Notes: generated by a model from the sequence alone, not told the origin. A DNA stretch of 54,905 nt from a virus (IMGVR_UViG_3300035138_000057:1-54905), one strand, 5' to 3'. Shown: positions 1 to 9,485, numbered from the stretch's first letter. Program-made: numbers and translations.

Positions 1-239
1 TTTCATGTGAGAAGCTCTTACAACCCATGAGGCGGTTGACGGTGATCCTGGGACCCTTCGCCCCCAGGCAACCCCGCATGTAATTCATGAGGTTGGCCTG
101 CAGCTCGCATAGCCACAACCGCTGGCGGTGCAAACCACGGTTGAAAGCTCTTACCACGAGCTGCACCTCGACAGGAGTCAGGTCCCAGATCTCGTCGATG
201 CTTAGACCTGCCTCGAGCCCCAGCAAGGTCAACTCGTCG
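1..239. repeat. Terminal direct repeat / circular overlap, copy 1
   Basis: Identical to 54667-54905 except G112 vs A54778 (CTA/TTA, both Leu on the minus strand). Confidence 0.97.
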
Positions 240-585
240 TAGTCGAAGTCGTAGGGTCCTCGCCGTCGGGCTGCTTCTCCTCCTTCCCTCCGAGAGCCTT
301 GCGCATCGCTAGCACGTAGTCGTACGCGTGCGCTACGTCGAGCTGATCGAGCAACTCGTCTTCGCTCAGGGGATTGCCCCCGTGCCTCAGCCCCACCTCG
401 AGGATCTTCGTGAGCCCTTCGAGGTCTACGTCGTCTTCAGGCATCTGACCTAGGTACTTCTGCACGGACATACCGAAGTGCTCTTTGAGCTCCTTCATCG
501 CCCGGAAGCTTAGCCGCAGTACGTAAGCCTGCTCCCCGATCACGATCGCAGCCTCACCTCGCTTGTCGTTCGCCGTCCTTCCCAT
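229..585 (-). CDS. Tail assembly chaperone (gpG-like)
   Basis: 118 aa between tail tube and tape measure genes; LRLSFRAMKELKEHFG resembles TAC families. Confidence 0.8.
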   Translation of the reverse strand: MGRTANDKRGEAAIVIGEQAYVLRLSFRAMKELKEHFGMSVQKYLGQMPEDDVDLEGLTKILEVGLRHGGNPLSEDELLDQLDVAHAYDYVLAMRKALGGKEEKQPDGEDPTTSTTTS

Positions 586-595
586 GCTTCACCTC

Positions 596-1015
596 TCAAC
601 TCTGCGCCTGCTCGGTCAGCGCACCGCTCTTCGCCACCTCGAAGGATACCTCAGCCGCTGCGTCCTGCGACGATGACTCCTCGAAGCTCGTCACGGTACC
701 GGAGAGCAGGTACTCCTGGTAACCAGCGGTGTTTCCCCGCGGACGCCACCGAATATAGCACGTGGTCCCAGCATGGAAGGCATCGTGCACGACCATGAGC
801 CCCTGGTCGTCCTCATCCCAGTGCGCCGTCGCGCTGAACGACCCGCTGCGCCGCGCCGCGAGGTGCTCTTCGTCCCCTCCGCTGTCGAAATCCGTCGTGT
901 CGATCGTGTTACGGCTCATCGGCAACGATGCATCAGTGAGCCCTCCGATCTCGTAGTAGGTCACTCCATCGGAGCTCGCCGCGGCCTTGCCTTCGTAACC
1001 CTTCGTGTCACCCAT
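596..1015 (-). CDS. Major tail tube protein
   Basis: 139 aa acidic beta-rich protein; TIDTTDFDSGGDEEHL and VTSFEESS motifs typical of siphovirus tube proteins; position. Confidence 0.85.
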   Translation of the reverse strand: MGDTKGYEGKAAASSDGVTYYEIGGLTDASLPMSRNTIDTTDFDSGGDEEHLAARRSGSFSATAHWDEDDQGLMVVHDAFHAGTTCYIRWRPRGNTAGYQEYLLSGTVTSFEESSSQDAAAEVSFEVAKSGALTEQAQS

Positions 1016-1030
1016 CGTCCTGCTCCTTCT

Positions 1031-1384
1031 TTAGCTCTTCGCGAACCGGACCACCGCGAACGATACGCCGGTATCATCCGACAGATCAACGTACATCTTA
1101 CCGATCGCGCTGTTCCAATGTGGGGGTTTGAATGGCCCCGCAATCGAAATCCCTGTGGTAGCATCGGGAGCCAGAGTCACGTCACCTGTCCGACCGTACT
1201 CATCTGCCACACTGACCCCCGTAGCTGATTGCTCACTCGAATGCGTGTTTTTCATGAGCAACAGCTCGTTGCCGGTGTTCTCGAACTCGTGATCATTCGC
1301 CGCGTCCCCGGCCGTCCACGAAACGTCGTCCAACACCCCGCCATTGGTGGGGATCTCCTGAACTGGTATCGCCGTACGTGCCAT
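1031..1384 (-). CDS. Putative virion structural protein
   Basis: Beta-rich 117 aa ORF with RBS, within the neck/tail operon. Confidence 0.6.
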   Translation of the reverse strand: MARTAIPVQEIPTNGGVLDDVSWTAGDAANDHEFENTGNELLLMKNTHSSEQSATGVSVADEYGRTGDVTLAPDATTGISIAGPFKPPHWNSAIGKMYVDLSDDTGVSFAVVRFAKS

Positions 1385-1387
1385 CGC

Positions 1388-1645
1388 CTAGTCCTCCTCT
1401 GCTTTCTCCGAGAGCCGGATCTCAGGATAAAGCTTTTCGTGCTCCCGATGCCAGTCAAACATAACTGCCTCAGACGTCCCTTTGATCGGCTCGTCGTTCG
1501 CGTCCACCAGGAACGCATCACCGGATCTGATCCAGGTGTTAGCCAACGAGTCCTCGACGTTGTGATGACCTACCCCGTAACGCGTCGAGCCGCCTTTCGG
1601 TGCTTTGCTCACCCGTTGCCCCTTCCTCAGGTAAACTCTCTTCAT
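1388..1645 (-). CDS. Hypothetical protein
   Basis: Tightly packed ORF in the late operon. Confidence 0.6.
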   Translation of the reverse strand: MKRVYLRKGQRVSKAPKGGSTRYGVGHHNVEDSLANTWIRSGDAFLVDANDEPIKGTSEAVMFDWHREHEKLYPEIRLSEKAEED

Positions 1646-1648
1646 CGA

Positions 1649-2068
1649 TCACTCCCTATGCCAGAGCCGAAAGTTGTTCGTCCACCGGTGCCGCCGATGC
1701 CTGTCCATCCCGAGGTAGTTCGGAGCATCCTGCAAGGCAACGCATTCAGTATAATCTCCCCCGACACCGCGCGCGATCACCTGCCGGTGCAGCGCATCGC
1801 GGACCGCCCTTGCTTGTGCCTCACCCCCGTCGTAGTCATCCGGATCGGAACGCGTGGTCGCTTGCACGTACGGGTGTCTCAGCTCCACGCTCATTCCGAT
1901 GAACGGCATCGGTGCGGGACCACCCGTTGGAAGTACGAACGTTGCCGCGTGAGGTACACCCGTTCCCTGAGGCTGCTCGGGCCCATCGAACAAGTTGGTG
2001 CCCGAGGTCAAACCGATCCCAGCCCCGTTCAACGCGGTTCGTACGTCACCTCCGGGATCAGCGCTCAT
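1649..2068 (-). CDS. Tail terminator / minor tail completion protein
   Basis: 139 aa; C-terminal YLGMDRHRRHRWTNNF pattern; follows the gp10-like gene. Confidence 0.75.
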   Translation of the reverse strand: MSADPGGDVRTALNGAGIGLTSGTNLFDGPEQPQGTGVPHAATFVLPTGGPAPMPFIGMSVELRHPYVQATTRSDPDDYDGGEAQARAVRDALHRQVIARGVGGDYTECVALQDAPNYLGMDRHRRHRWTNNFRLWHRE

Positions 2069-2523
2069 CGGCCGCCCTCCCCGATGTCGCCTTCGTCAGG
2101 CGTAGCCGGCTGATGCTTGGGAACCGCTCGTACCCCGATCCCCAGCTGGAAGTTGTGCTCGGTCTGGTCTCCGACCCGTTTCCGATACCCTTTCTGCGCG
2201 TCGTTCACCGCGCTCTCGAGAAACTTGGGCCCACCCACGACGTGAAACACCTCGACGCGCTCGTGCACCGCCAGCCCGTAGTCCGTCCCGAACCCGATCT
2301 CGCATTCAGGCTTGCCGGTGATCGTCACCGACGGTGGAGCCGCGTAGCCGGTGGACCGCAGTCGCCCGACGTCAACCGGAGTCCGTTCCTGCGCCTCCCC
2401 GATGATCTCCTGCCCTTCTTGGTACAGCGCAGCGGCTAAAGCAGCCTGGTAGCCAGCGCTGGCCTTACGCATGTTGCGCTTGATCCGTTCCAAGCCTTTG
2501 ACCCTCGATCCTCTCACAACCAC
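2065..2523 (-). CDS. HK97 gp10-like neck/tail completion protein
   Basis: TPVDVGRLRST, YGLAVHE and KFLESA motifs. Confidence 0.85.
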   Translation of the reverse strand: MVVRGSRVKGLERIKRNMRKASAGYQAALAAALYQEGQEIIGEAQERTPVDVGRLRSTGYAAPPSVTITGKPECEIGFGTDYGLAVHERVEVFHVVGGPKFLESAVNDAQKGYRKRVGDQTEHNFQLGIGVRAVPKHQPATPDEGDIGEGGR

Positions 2524-2822
2524 ACCTCGTAGTGCGTCACAGCTCCGCGCTTGTCCTTCCCTTCCGCCACCGCGATCGCTCGCCGGTAGAAGCTCTCCTC
2601 ACTCAACTGGATCCGATCCTCCACCTTTACCTCAGTCTGAGTCATCAACCAGTGCGACGCAAAGACCCGCTCTCCCTGCGCGTTGACCACCGCCTTCGTC
2701 TTGATCTCGACGCGCGCCGGCACCCCCGTCTGCGGCGTGCCGTACGACGGATTGCCGCTCGCAGCCAAACCGGTGCGAGCGGCAAGCGTGATCGTATCGT
2801 TGAGCCACGACGCGACGTTCAC
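2514..2822 (-). CDS. Head closure / stopper protein
   Basis: 102 aa; GNPSYG..VPARVE..NAQGE pattern; position after the adaptor. Confidence 0.75.
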   Translation of the reverse strand: MNVASWLNDTITLAARTGLAASGNPSYGTPQTGVPARVEIKTKAVVNAQGERVFASHWLMTQTEVKVEDRIQLSEESFYRRAIAVAEGKDKRGAVTHYEVWL

Positions 2823-3484
2823 GTGATCCTCCGGTACCGCTTCACCGCCGAACGGGTCAACGAGGGTAGATCGCCATCGGAATCCGAAGCATCACTGCGT
2901 GAATCGAAGTACGTAAACGCCGCGGACAACACCTTCTCCGACTTGATAGTCGGGTCTCGGGGCATCGAGTGATACAGCTGCGCTACGAACTGCCTGCACG
3001 CCAGCTCGAGGTCACGCGGCAACGACCTAGTCCCAACCGTATCGTTAGGCAACACGTAGCCCCCGGTATACGTCACCTCGTAGAGTTTGCGCTCCGACCC
3101 GGGCAACAGGTCGTACCCGATGTTAGGTAACGCCCGCGCGGTCCACGTCCAAACACCCTCGACGTACCGGATGAATCCTAGCTGGGCGTCATCCGTCACT
3201 ACCTTGTAGTTAGTGGCATCGACCTCATCCCCGTCGTAGGTCACCGTGATGTCGGCGGTGATGTCGATGGGGGTCCGGGCAACCACGAGGAGCTCAGTAC
3301 CCAGTCCGGGGAGCTGCTCCGTGACCTCTTCCTTCCGGAACTGCCTGTTGGTTCGCGACTCGATCAGCTCCGATACGGTGAGGATCAGCTCCTCGAGCTT
3401 AGCGGTCTCGCTGCCTGGGGTGATCCCCAGATCGGTTTCCACCTGAGTTACCGTCGTCAACGCGTTGGTGTCGGTGAGACTCAT
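2819..3484 (-). CDS. Head-tail adaptor (gp6/gp15-like)
   Basis: LTTVTQVETDLGI, IESRTNRQF, VTYTGGY..LPRDLELAC, IKSEKV motifs. Confidence 0.85.
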   Translation of the reverse strand: MSLTDTNALTTVTQVETDLGITPGSETAKLEELILTVSELIESRTNRQFRKEEVTEQLPGLGTELLVVARTPIDITADITVTYDGDEVDATNYKVVTDDAQLGFIRYVEGVWTWTARALPNIGYDLLPGSERKLYEVTYTGGYVLPNDTVGTRSLPRDLELACRQFVAQLYHSMPRDPTIKSEKVLSAAFTYFDSRSDASDSDGDLPSLTRSAVKRYRRIT

Positions 3485-3674
3485 GCTTCACCAACTCCCG
3501 AGCCATCGTGAGGTTCGAAGCGATCCCCTCCTTGACCAAACGCTCCGCCTCGGCGTCCCGTGCAGCCAACCTGAGCTTCCGCGCTTCGTCATCGCTCTGC
3601 CTCACGATCGCACGGGCCGTAGCCAGGTCAACGGCCAACCCGCGATCCACCAAGCTCCGCGCCGCGTCGTCCAC
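3399..3674 (-). CDS. Hypothetical small helical protein
   Basis: Fills the gap between 3687 ORF and adaptor; internal LVxxGxA repeat; 3' end overlaps the adaptor gene. Confidence 0.45.
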   Translation of the reverse strand: MDDAARSLVDRGLAVDLATARAIVRQSDDEARKLRLAARDAEAERLVKEGIASNLTMARELVKHESHRHQRVDDGNSGGNRSGDHPRQRDR

Positions 3675-3686
3675 AATGCCTCGACC

Positions 3687-3926
3687 TCAACGGCGCTTCG
3701 GGTCGTTGCCGCGGGGCTCCTCGCCACCCTTGAGCACCGCTACCCGCGTGAGCACGTCCTCCTTCGGGTACTTCTTGCGCAACTCGTCGAGGGTCACCGC
3801 CCTGGCGATCCCTCTCTTCACTAGGTCCTCCGATGTCTTCCGGTCGAAGCCTGCGGTCTCCCCGACGCTGTAAACCCCGAACCGCTGCTCGAAGGTCACC
3901 GGCACCGGTTTCTGCTTGTTGTTCAT
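3687..3926 (-). CDS. Hypothetical head-associated protein
   Basis: 79 aa, RBS GAGGAG; YSVGETAGF..LVKRGIA pattern common downstream of capsid genes. Confidence 0.65.
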   Translation of the reverse strand: MNNKQKPVPVTFEQRFGVYSVGETAGFDRKTSEDLVKRGIARAVTLDELRKKYPKEDVLTRVAVLKGGEEPRGNDPKRR

Positions 3927-3952
3927 CGCTCGCTCCTCTCAGCTCTCGGCTT

Positions 3953-4366
3953 TTAGGCAGCCGGCAGCTTGTCCGCCCCACCCAGGATGACTCCGCTCTG
4001 CACCGGCCACGCCGGGGACGAGCCTCCGGTGAACGCCACGGTGTGCACGGCCCGGATGTATTGCTTGACCGTCTCGAGGCTCACGTGCACCGACCCGTAA
4101 CCGTTGTCCGCCGCTACCTGGGTGATCGCGGCGCTGGTGATATCCGTCCAAGCGCTGGTGCCCGTCGAGCTCTCCTGCAACTTCAGATCGAAGGTCTGCG
4201 TGGTCGGCGACCCCGTGGCCACTCCCGTCGAGCCCTCCAGCACGCAGCTGTTGTAGCCCGTCCGATCAACGGCCGCACCCTCCACCGCGGCTGACCCGTC
4301 GTCGTTCGTCGGAACGGTGCCCACCACCCTCTTGATGTAAGCACCGATGTCGGTCGAAGGATTCAT
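3953..4366 (-). CDS. Head decoration / capsid-associated protein
   Basis: 137 aa beta-rich protein right after the capsid; VDRTGY, LQES, KQYIR motifs. Confidence 0.7.
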   Translation of the reverse strand: MNPSTDIGAYIKRVVGTVPTNDDGSAAVEGAAVDRTGYNSCVLEGSTGVATGSPTTQTFDLKLQESSTGTSAWTDITSAAITQVAADNGYGSVHVSLETVKQYIRAVHTVAFTGGSSPAWPVQSGVILGGADKLPAA

Positions 4367-4402
4367 GTTTCACTCCGTTCCGCTGCACGTGGCAGCTACT
4401 TC

Positions 4403-5659
4403 TTAGGCGCCCCAATCCACCTCGGTCAGCACGCCGACCTCGTTCCCGTCATACCGCACCTGCAGGTCGATCTCCATCATGAGGCGCATAACGGTCTCGT
4501 CCTGCGAGATCCCGCTGACCACCGCCCCGCTCACGGAGTACGCACCCCCGTCGAAGGTATCAGTCCGGATCCCGCCCTCACGACCAACGATCAGCCGCGC
4601 GAAGTCGGCGAAGTAGACCTCCGACTCATCCGAAGTGCCCCCGAGGTTCCGCGGCACGAGGGATGTCGACTTGAAGGGCGACCCGAACAACTCGCCGCGA
4701 CCGACCTCGTCCTTGAAGGCGTAGTTGCCGTTCCCATCACGGATGGTGTACAAGTGCCACTTCGTCCGCGGAGCGAAGATCCAACCCGGTCGCCTGGTCC
4801 GGATCTTAGCTTCCTCCACCAACCGTTGCACCGTCGCGAGGTCAGTCGTGATCTCGTCGAGCGTGGCCGCCGCCGCCGCGTGCGTGATCGCGAACTTGTG
4901 GGTCGACGCCACGTGGTAGAGCAGACCCTTCGGCCGGCCCTCCGACCCTGCGCTGCGTAGCAACGTCGAGTCGAGCTCCTCGGTCGTGGTGCCCATCATG
5001 TCGTCCAAAATGAGCATGTCGGAATCGAACCCCACCCCATCCGAGTGCCGTAACAACTTGTTGCTCACCGGTACCAGCACCGCCAAGGTCTTCGAGCTGA
5101 GCTTGACTTGGCCAGTAGTTTGCTGGCTCGGCGTGATGATCTCACCCTCACCCACCCAGTAGGCGGTCGCCCCCGCGGTCGCCTTGCGCAGCGTGAGGTT
5201 GCCCCCGGGCATCGGAGCCATATTCGGGTTGAGCGCCAGTACCGTCGAATCCTCTCGCAACAACGCGATGAACTCTGCGGCCATCTGCTCGGGGATCAAC
5301 GCCCCGCCGGACTCGAAGTCCGCCTCCTGTAGCGCCTTGGCAACGTACTCGTCATTCAAGGTCTGCTTGGCAAACCGAATCGCGGCGTCCGGGTTACCTC
5401 GACCAGCGATCACCGATCGCGCGAACCGAGCCGCTTGAACCCCCTTCCGCGGATAGCCGTTGCTCGGAAACTGTTTGTCGTGCTCCGCACGCATCGCTAC
5501 GAGCTCCTGGTACAGCTTCTCGTAGCGGTCTTGGCTCTCCTTCTTGATGTCCTCCACCGTACGCTGCACGATCTCCTCGAAGAGCTCTTTGGCCTGCTCC
5601 TTGGTGATCTGCTTGGTGGCGTTTTGCTTGGCTGGCTCAGGCATCGTGCTCTCCTTCAC
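4403..5659 (-). CDS. Major capsid protein (HK97 fold)
   Basis: N-terminal coiled-coil delta domain, GGALIPE, AYWVGEG, YFADF motifs; start may be the second Met (5644). Confidence 0.95.
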   Translation of the reverse strand: MKESTMPEPAKQNATKQITKEQAKELFEEIVQRTVEDIKKESQDRYEKLYQELVAMRAEHDKQFPSNGYPRKGVQAARFARSVIAGRGNPDAAIRFAKQTLNDEYVAKALQEADFESGGALIPEQMAAEFIALLREDSTVLALNPNMAPMPGGNLTLRKATAGATAYWVGEGEIITPSQQTTGQVKLSSKTLAVLVPVSNKLLRHSDGVGFDSDMLILDDMMGTTTEELDSTLLRSAGSEGRPKGLLYHVASTHKFAITHAAAAATLDEITTDLATVQRLVEEAKIRTRRPGWIFAPRTKWHLYTIRDGNGNYAFKDEVGRGELFGSPFKSTSLVPRNLGGTSDESEVYFADFARLIVGREGGIRTDTFDGGAYSVSGAVVSGISQDETVMRLMMEIDLQVRYDGNEVGVLTEVDWGA

Positions 5660-7251
5660 TGCACCGGTGGAAGCTGATCCGGTAACCTCCCGGTCAGCTG
5701 CGTAAGGGCTTCCCCTAGCACCTCACTGGCTATGTCGCGAAGCTGTTCGGCGGTTACCCCATCACCGACAACTTCTGTTGAAGCGTTCTCGACGGTTGTC
5801 CCAGGCCACTCCTCGAGAGCTTCAAAAGCTCGATCGAAAGCCGAAGGCTCATCCAAACTACCATCGACCTGGTTACCGACCACCTCGTAGCGTTGAAGTA
5901 CTTCTCCAAGGCTGGCTTGAACGGACCTCAAACGAGCTACGCACTCATCACTGAGCGGAGATCTGCCAAACGCCTTCACCGTACTCTCCACGGCTCCAAC
6001 GAGCTTCGTCGCCAGCTGCTCGACCGAGGTCAGCACCGATGTCAACCGCTTGTTCAGCTGATCGATCTCCTCCTGAATATCGATCTCGTCGGGCTCGGCG
6101 TCGTCGACCGACGACGCTGGTGCCCCCCAGCACTTTCCTTCGTCGGTCAGCTCTTTGAACTCGGGAACCTCTTTATCAAACTCCTTGTAGTGCTTCGCCA
6201 GGTGGTTGTACACCGCTTTGCGGTCCTCATTTGGGATGTCAACACCACCCCGAGCACCGAGCAACGCGCCCATCGCCGCGCTCACCCCGTTCCAAACCAC
6301 AGCGTGTTGGCCGGCGGCCCGGTGGTGCGGCAACTTGTAAGCACCCTTGGTGTCCGAGCTCTCGCTGTCCAACCATGTACACATGACCTTGAGATCAACC
6401 ACCTCGGCCGCAGCTGTTTCTTTCGGCCCGCTCCACGCTTCGTCCTCAGCAGCTTTCGGTGTCCCCTCGCTGTGAGCTGATCCGTAACTGATCGCACCCT
6501 TGTCGACGACAGCCGGCAGTACAACCGTCGACCTCGAAGTCTTCCCTTTCACAACCTGCCACGAAGCTTCAACGATGTCCCGCGACACCACGACTAGATC
6601 GGTATCGCTATCAAGCACCTCTTCCGCCCACGGTACAAACGGAGTCAGATCGATCCCCGCATCCTTTGCTCCAACCAAAGCTTCGGGGTTTGCCGGTACT
6701 GGAGTAACCGACCACTCTAAGAGCTCCTTACGCCCGTAGTTGATCGGCATCCAGCCATCTCGGTCCTTCGCCTCCTCGAACTCGATCGGTCGAAAACCAA
6801 CGGACGACCCACGCAGTGCGTTGAAGTCAATGAGCTGCAACACCATGTAACCGAGAGGGTTGATGTCCCGTGGAGTGAACTCAGCCCGACTACGCAACCT
6901 CTTTTCCTCGAGCCACGTAGACTTAGGAGCAGCAACAATGTGACGAGGGTCATGCAGATTGTGCCCGAAGAGCACCGAACCACCCTTGTTGAAATTGTCT
7001 AGCTCCCACTGCGTATCGAGTATGTCCCCGTCGCGGTCCACTACCGGAGTGCTAATCGTGAACGTTCGCTCCAGACCACTTTCACCCGAAACCGCCGGCA
7101 CCAGCTGCCCGTCCGCCTCCCGCAGCTCGAGCTCGAACGGCTCGCTCCGGCACACGATGAGCTGCGACAGCTGCTTACTCAGATCCTGGTCCGGATCAGC
7201 GAGTAGCTCCTTGAACTTCTTCGTTCCGATGCGCTTGCGTCGCTTTCCCAT
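5656..7251 (-). CDS. Prohead maturation protease (HK97 family) with C-terminal extension
   Basis: VDRDGD, VLFGHN, SSVGF, LLEWSVTPVPANPEA motifs. Confidence 0.93.
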   Translation of the reverse strand: MGKRRKRIGTKKFKELLADPDQDLSKQLSQLIVCRSEPFELELREADGQLVPAVSGESGLERTFTISTPVVDRDGDILDTQWELDNFNKGGSVLFGHNLHDPRHIVAAPKSTWLEEKRLRSRAEFTPRDINPLGYMVLQLIDFNALRGSSVGFRPIEFEEAKDRDGWMPINYGRKELLEWSVTPVPANPEALVGAKDAGIDLTPFVPWAEEVLDSDTDLVVVSRDIVEASWQVVKGKTSRSTVVLPAVVDKGAISYGSAHSEGTPKAAEDEAWSGPKETAAAEVVDLKVMCTWLDSESSDTKGAYKLPHHRAAGQHAVVWNGVSAAMGALLGARGGVDIPNEDRKAVYNHLAKHYKEFDKEVPEFKELTDEGKCWGAPASSVDDAEPDEIDIQEEIDQLNKRLTSVLTSVEQLATKLVGAVESTVKAFGRSPLSDECVARLRSVQASLGEVLQRYEVVGNQVDGSLDEPSAFDRAFEALEEWPGTTVENASTEVVGDGVTAEQLRDIASEVLGEALTQLTGRLPDQLPPVQ

Positions 7252-7372
7252 GTACTGCCAACGCTAGCACGGATCACACATACCTTTGAACAGATCTAAA
7301 CAAAACAGGGATCCGGTGGTCTCAAGATCAGAGCTAGTAGAATGTATTTACTATAAGATCAGAACTACCAGG

Positions 7373-9478
7373 TCACACAACCAGCTGCACTTCGATCGCC
7401 TGCAGCACATCGTTCTCCTGCGCCGCGAAGCCTCGCCGGATCGCCGCCAACGCAGCCCGCTCCCACGGGATCAGCGCTCGGTCGAAGACCTTCCAGTGAG
7501 CGTCGGCCTCCTCGCGAGAAGCAGGGCGATCGATAACTGCGCGGGTTGTGCACCGGCAGGAGATCACGTTCCACGCCGACCCGTTGAAGTCTCCTGGGTA
7601 CATCAACGGCTCACCACCCACGATAAACGGTTCGTCGATACCCACGATGGCGATATCCCCAACCATCTCGGCATGCTCGTCTCGAGTCCTACCATCAGGA
7701 GTTTTGAGCCACTGCCTGCGAGCTACCACCCCGCTCTGCTTGTGTGCTGACCACGTTCCGAAGTTGCTCGAACCCATCACCTCGGTCCGCGCGATCCTCT
7801 CCGCGCGGTAACCACGAGCATCCGCGAACACGCTGCTCACCCGCTTCGACAGCTCCCTCTTACCCTCCCCAGCCTCGAAACCTTCGATCAACTGGAACCG
7901 CAGCTCCTTGCGCGTCGTCGCGTTGACGAGCTCGAAACGACCCTTCGTCGACGAGAAGTTAGCTAGGTGGTCCACGACCAACGGGTTGAGCATGTCGAAC
8001 GAGATCCCGACACCGAGCTCCGCCAGCTGCGCGCTCCCCCAACTCTCGAGCTGCGACGACCACACCGGTTCGACCTCCGTCATGAGCCGCGTAGGTTGCA
8101 ACGCTCGCAGAACGTTTTCCACCCGCTCGTCCTTCGTCACCGCCCGCGACGCAGCCTTCGGCGGCGGGTTCCGAAAAACACGTTGTTCCACGGTAGGTGG
8201 AACACCCAGTGACTGCGGCAGCAGGTTTACCGGCACCATCCGCACGTCTACGTCCCCCACCGGATCCACGTCCTGCAACGTATTCCATTGCCGTAACGTT
8301 AGCGCGTATGGTGCTGCCTTCGCTGCTTCGAGCTGCCGCTCGCGATCCTCAGGGACAGGGCTCTCGTACCAGAGCACGAGGCGCGGATCGAACTGCGGCA
8401 CGAGCTTCGCCTGGAAGTGGGCACGCTGCCGCTCGGCTCGCGGAACCACTACGTATTTACCCATCAGAAAGTCTGCTGTCCGTGCCTTCGCCCAGTTTGA
8501 ATCCTCGATGATTCCCACGACCTCAGGTGGCGTCCCAAAGGTTTCCACCACCGTGTTACGCTCGAACTTACGCAGCTCGATGAGCTCCATATCCTTGAAC
8601 GACCTACCGAGGACGTGGACGTCCACCTTCCCGTTCGTGATCTTGAGCTGATGCGCTCGACGCGGTCCGCGCAGCTGCGCCTTCCACTCCGCATCGATCT
8701 GTTTCACCTGCTCGGCTCGAGCCTCGGGATACGCGACGATCGCATCCGGCAGCGCTCCGTTGTAGAAAAACGCTTTGATGAACTGAGCCGCGTACTCATC
8801 GGTATCGAGCTCATCACCTAGCGCCTCACCGATCCCTGCTCCACGCTTGTACGGATCGTAGGCATCCGGAATCACCAGATCGAGCACGTCCGCTGCTGGA
8901 AACTTTTTCGGTAGGCTGCCCAACCTGATCTCATAAAACCCATCTGGACCCTTTGGCAACTCAGTCACCCAGTGCGAAGGGATCGGCCACTGCCGCACGG
9001 GCATACCCAACGCATTACGCTCGAGCAGCGCGAAAGCCTCACCCTTGAGATCGAGGTACACCTGCGTCAACGCCCGCACGTCGAGACCCGTCAACCGATG
9101 GCATCCAGCATCGAGGAAATCCAGTAACGGATGATCCGGCAGCTCCCGAAATCGGTCGGCGTCCCTCGCCTGCCGAATCAACGTGTTTCGCTTCACGTGA
9201 TCCCCAACTAACTGCAAGGCCTTCGATCGCGTTGGCCTTCCCCGGCTGTCAGTCGCTACTCCCACCTTCCACTCGATTGAGGCAGTGGCATGCGCGATCT
9301 TGCTCACTACCGATTGCAACCACGGCGACCGTCTGTACATCAGAATAAGTTCGGCGCTCCCTCTACGCGGCGGAGCCTTGCGCCTGAACAACTCCTCGAT
9401 GACCGCAGCCGCCTGCGCACCGTCAACCGACTTCGGTGTCAACCACGACGCCAGCTTTTGCCTCACCCCGTTCCACAT
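7373..9478 (-). CDS. Portal protein fused to MuF/SPP1 gp7 minor head domain
   Basis: HK97-type portal (LKGEAF, FFYNGALP, FGTPP) followed by RAERIARTE, WLKTPDGRTRDEH and CRC motifs. Confidence 0.93.
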   Translation of the reverse strand: MWNGVRQKLASWLTPKSVDGAQAAAVIEELFRRKAPPRRGSAELILMYRRSPWLQSVVSKIAHATASIEWKVGVATDSRGRPTRSKALQLVGDHVKRNTLIRQARDADRFRELPDHPLLDFLDAGCHRLTGLDVRALTQVYLDLKGEAFALLERNALGMPVRQWPIPSHWVTELPKGPDGFYEIRLGSLPKKFPAADVLDLVIPDAYDPYKRGAGIGEALGDELDTDEYAAQFIKAFFYNGALPDAIVAYPEARAEQVKQIDAEWKAQLRGPRRAHQLKITNGKVDVHVLGRSFKDMELIELRKFERNTVVETFGTPPEVVGIIEDSNWAKARTADFLMGKYVVVPRAERQRAHFQAKLVPQFDPRLVLWYESPVPEDRERQLEAAKAAPYALTLRQWNTLQDVDPVGDVDVRMVPVNLLPQSLGVPPTVEQRVFRNPPPKAASRAVTKDERVENVLRALQPTRLMTEVEPVWSSQLESWGSAQLAELGVGISFDMLNPLVVDHLANFSSTKGRFELVNATTRKELRFQLIEGFEAGEGKRELSKRVSSVFADARGYRAERIARTEVMGSSNFGTWSAHKQSGVVARRQWLKTPDGRTRDEHAEMVGDIAIVGIDEPFIVGGEPLMYPGDFNGSAWNVISCRCTTRAVIDRPASREEADAHWKVFDRALIPWERAALAAIRRGFAAQENDVLQAIEVQLVV

Positions 9479-9485
9479 AGTGCCC

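Noticed and set aside
1-239. Biological terminal repeat (T7-like DTR)
   Set aside because: The repeat lies within tail chaperone coding sequence, far from the packaging region; more consistent with assembly overlap
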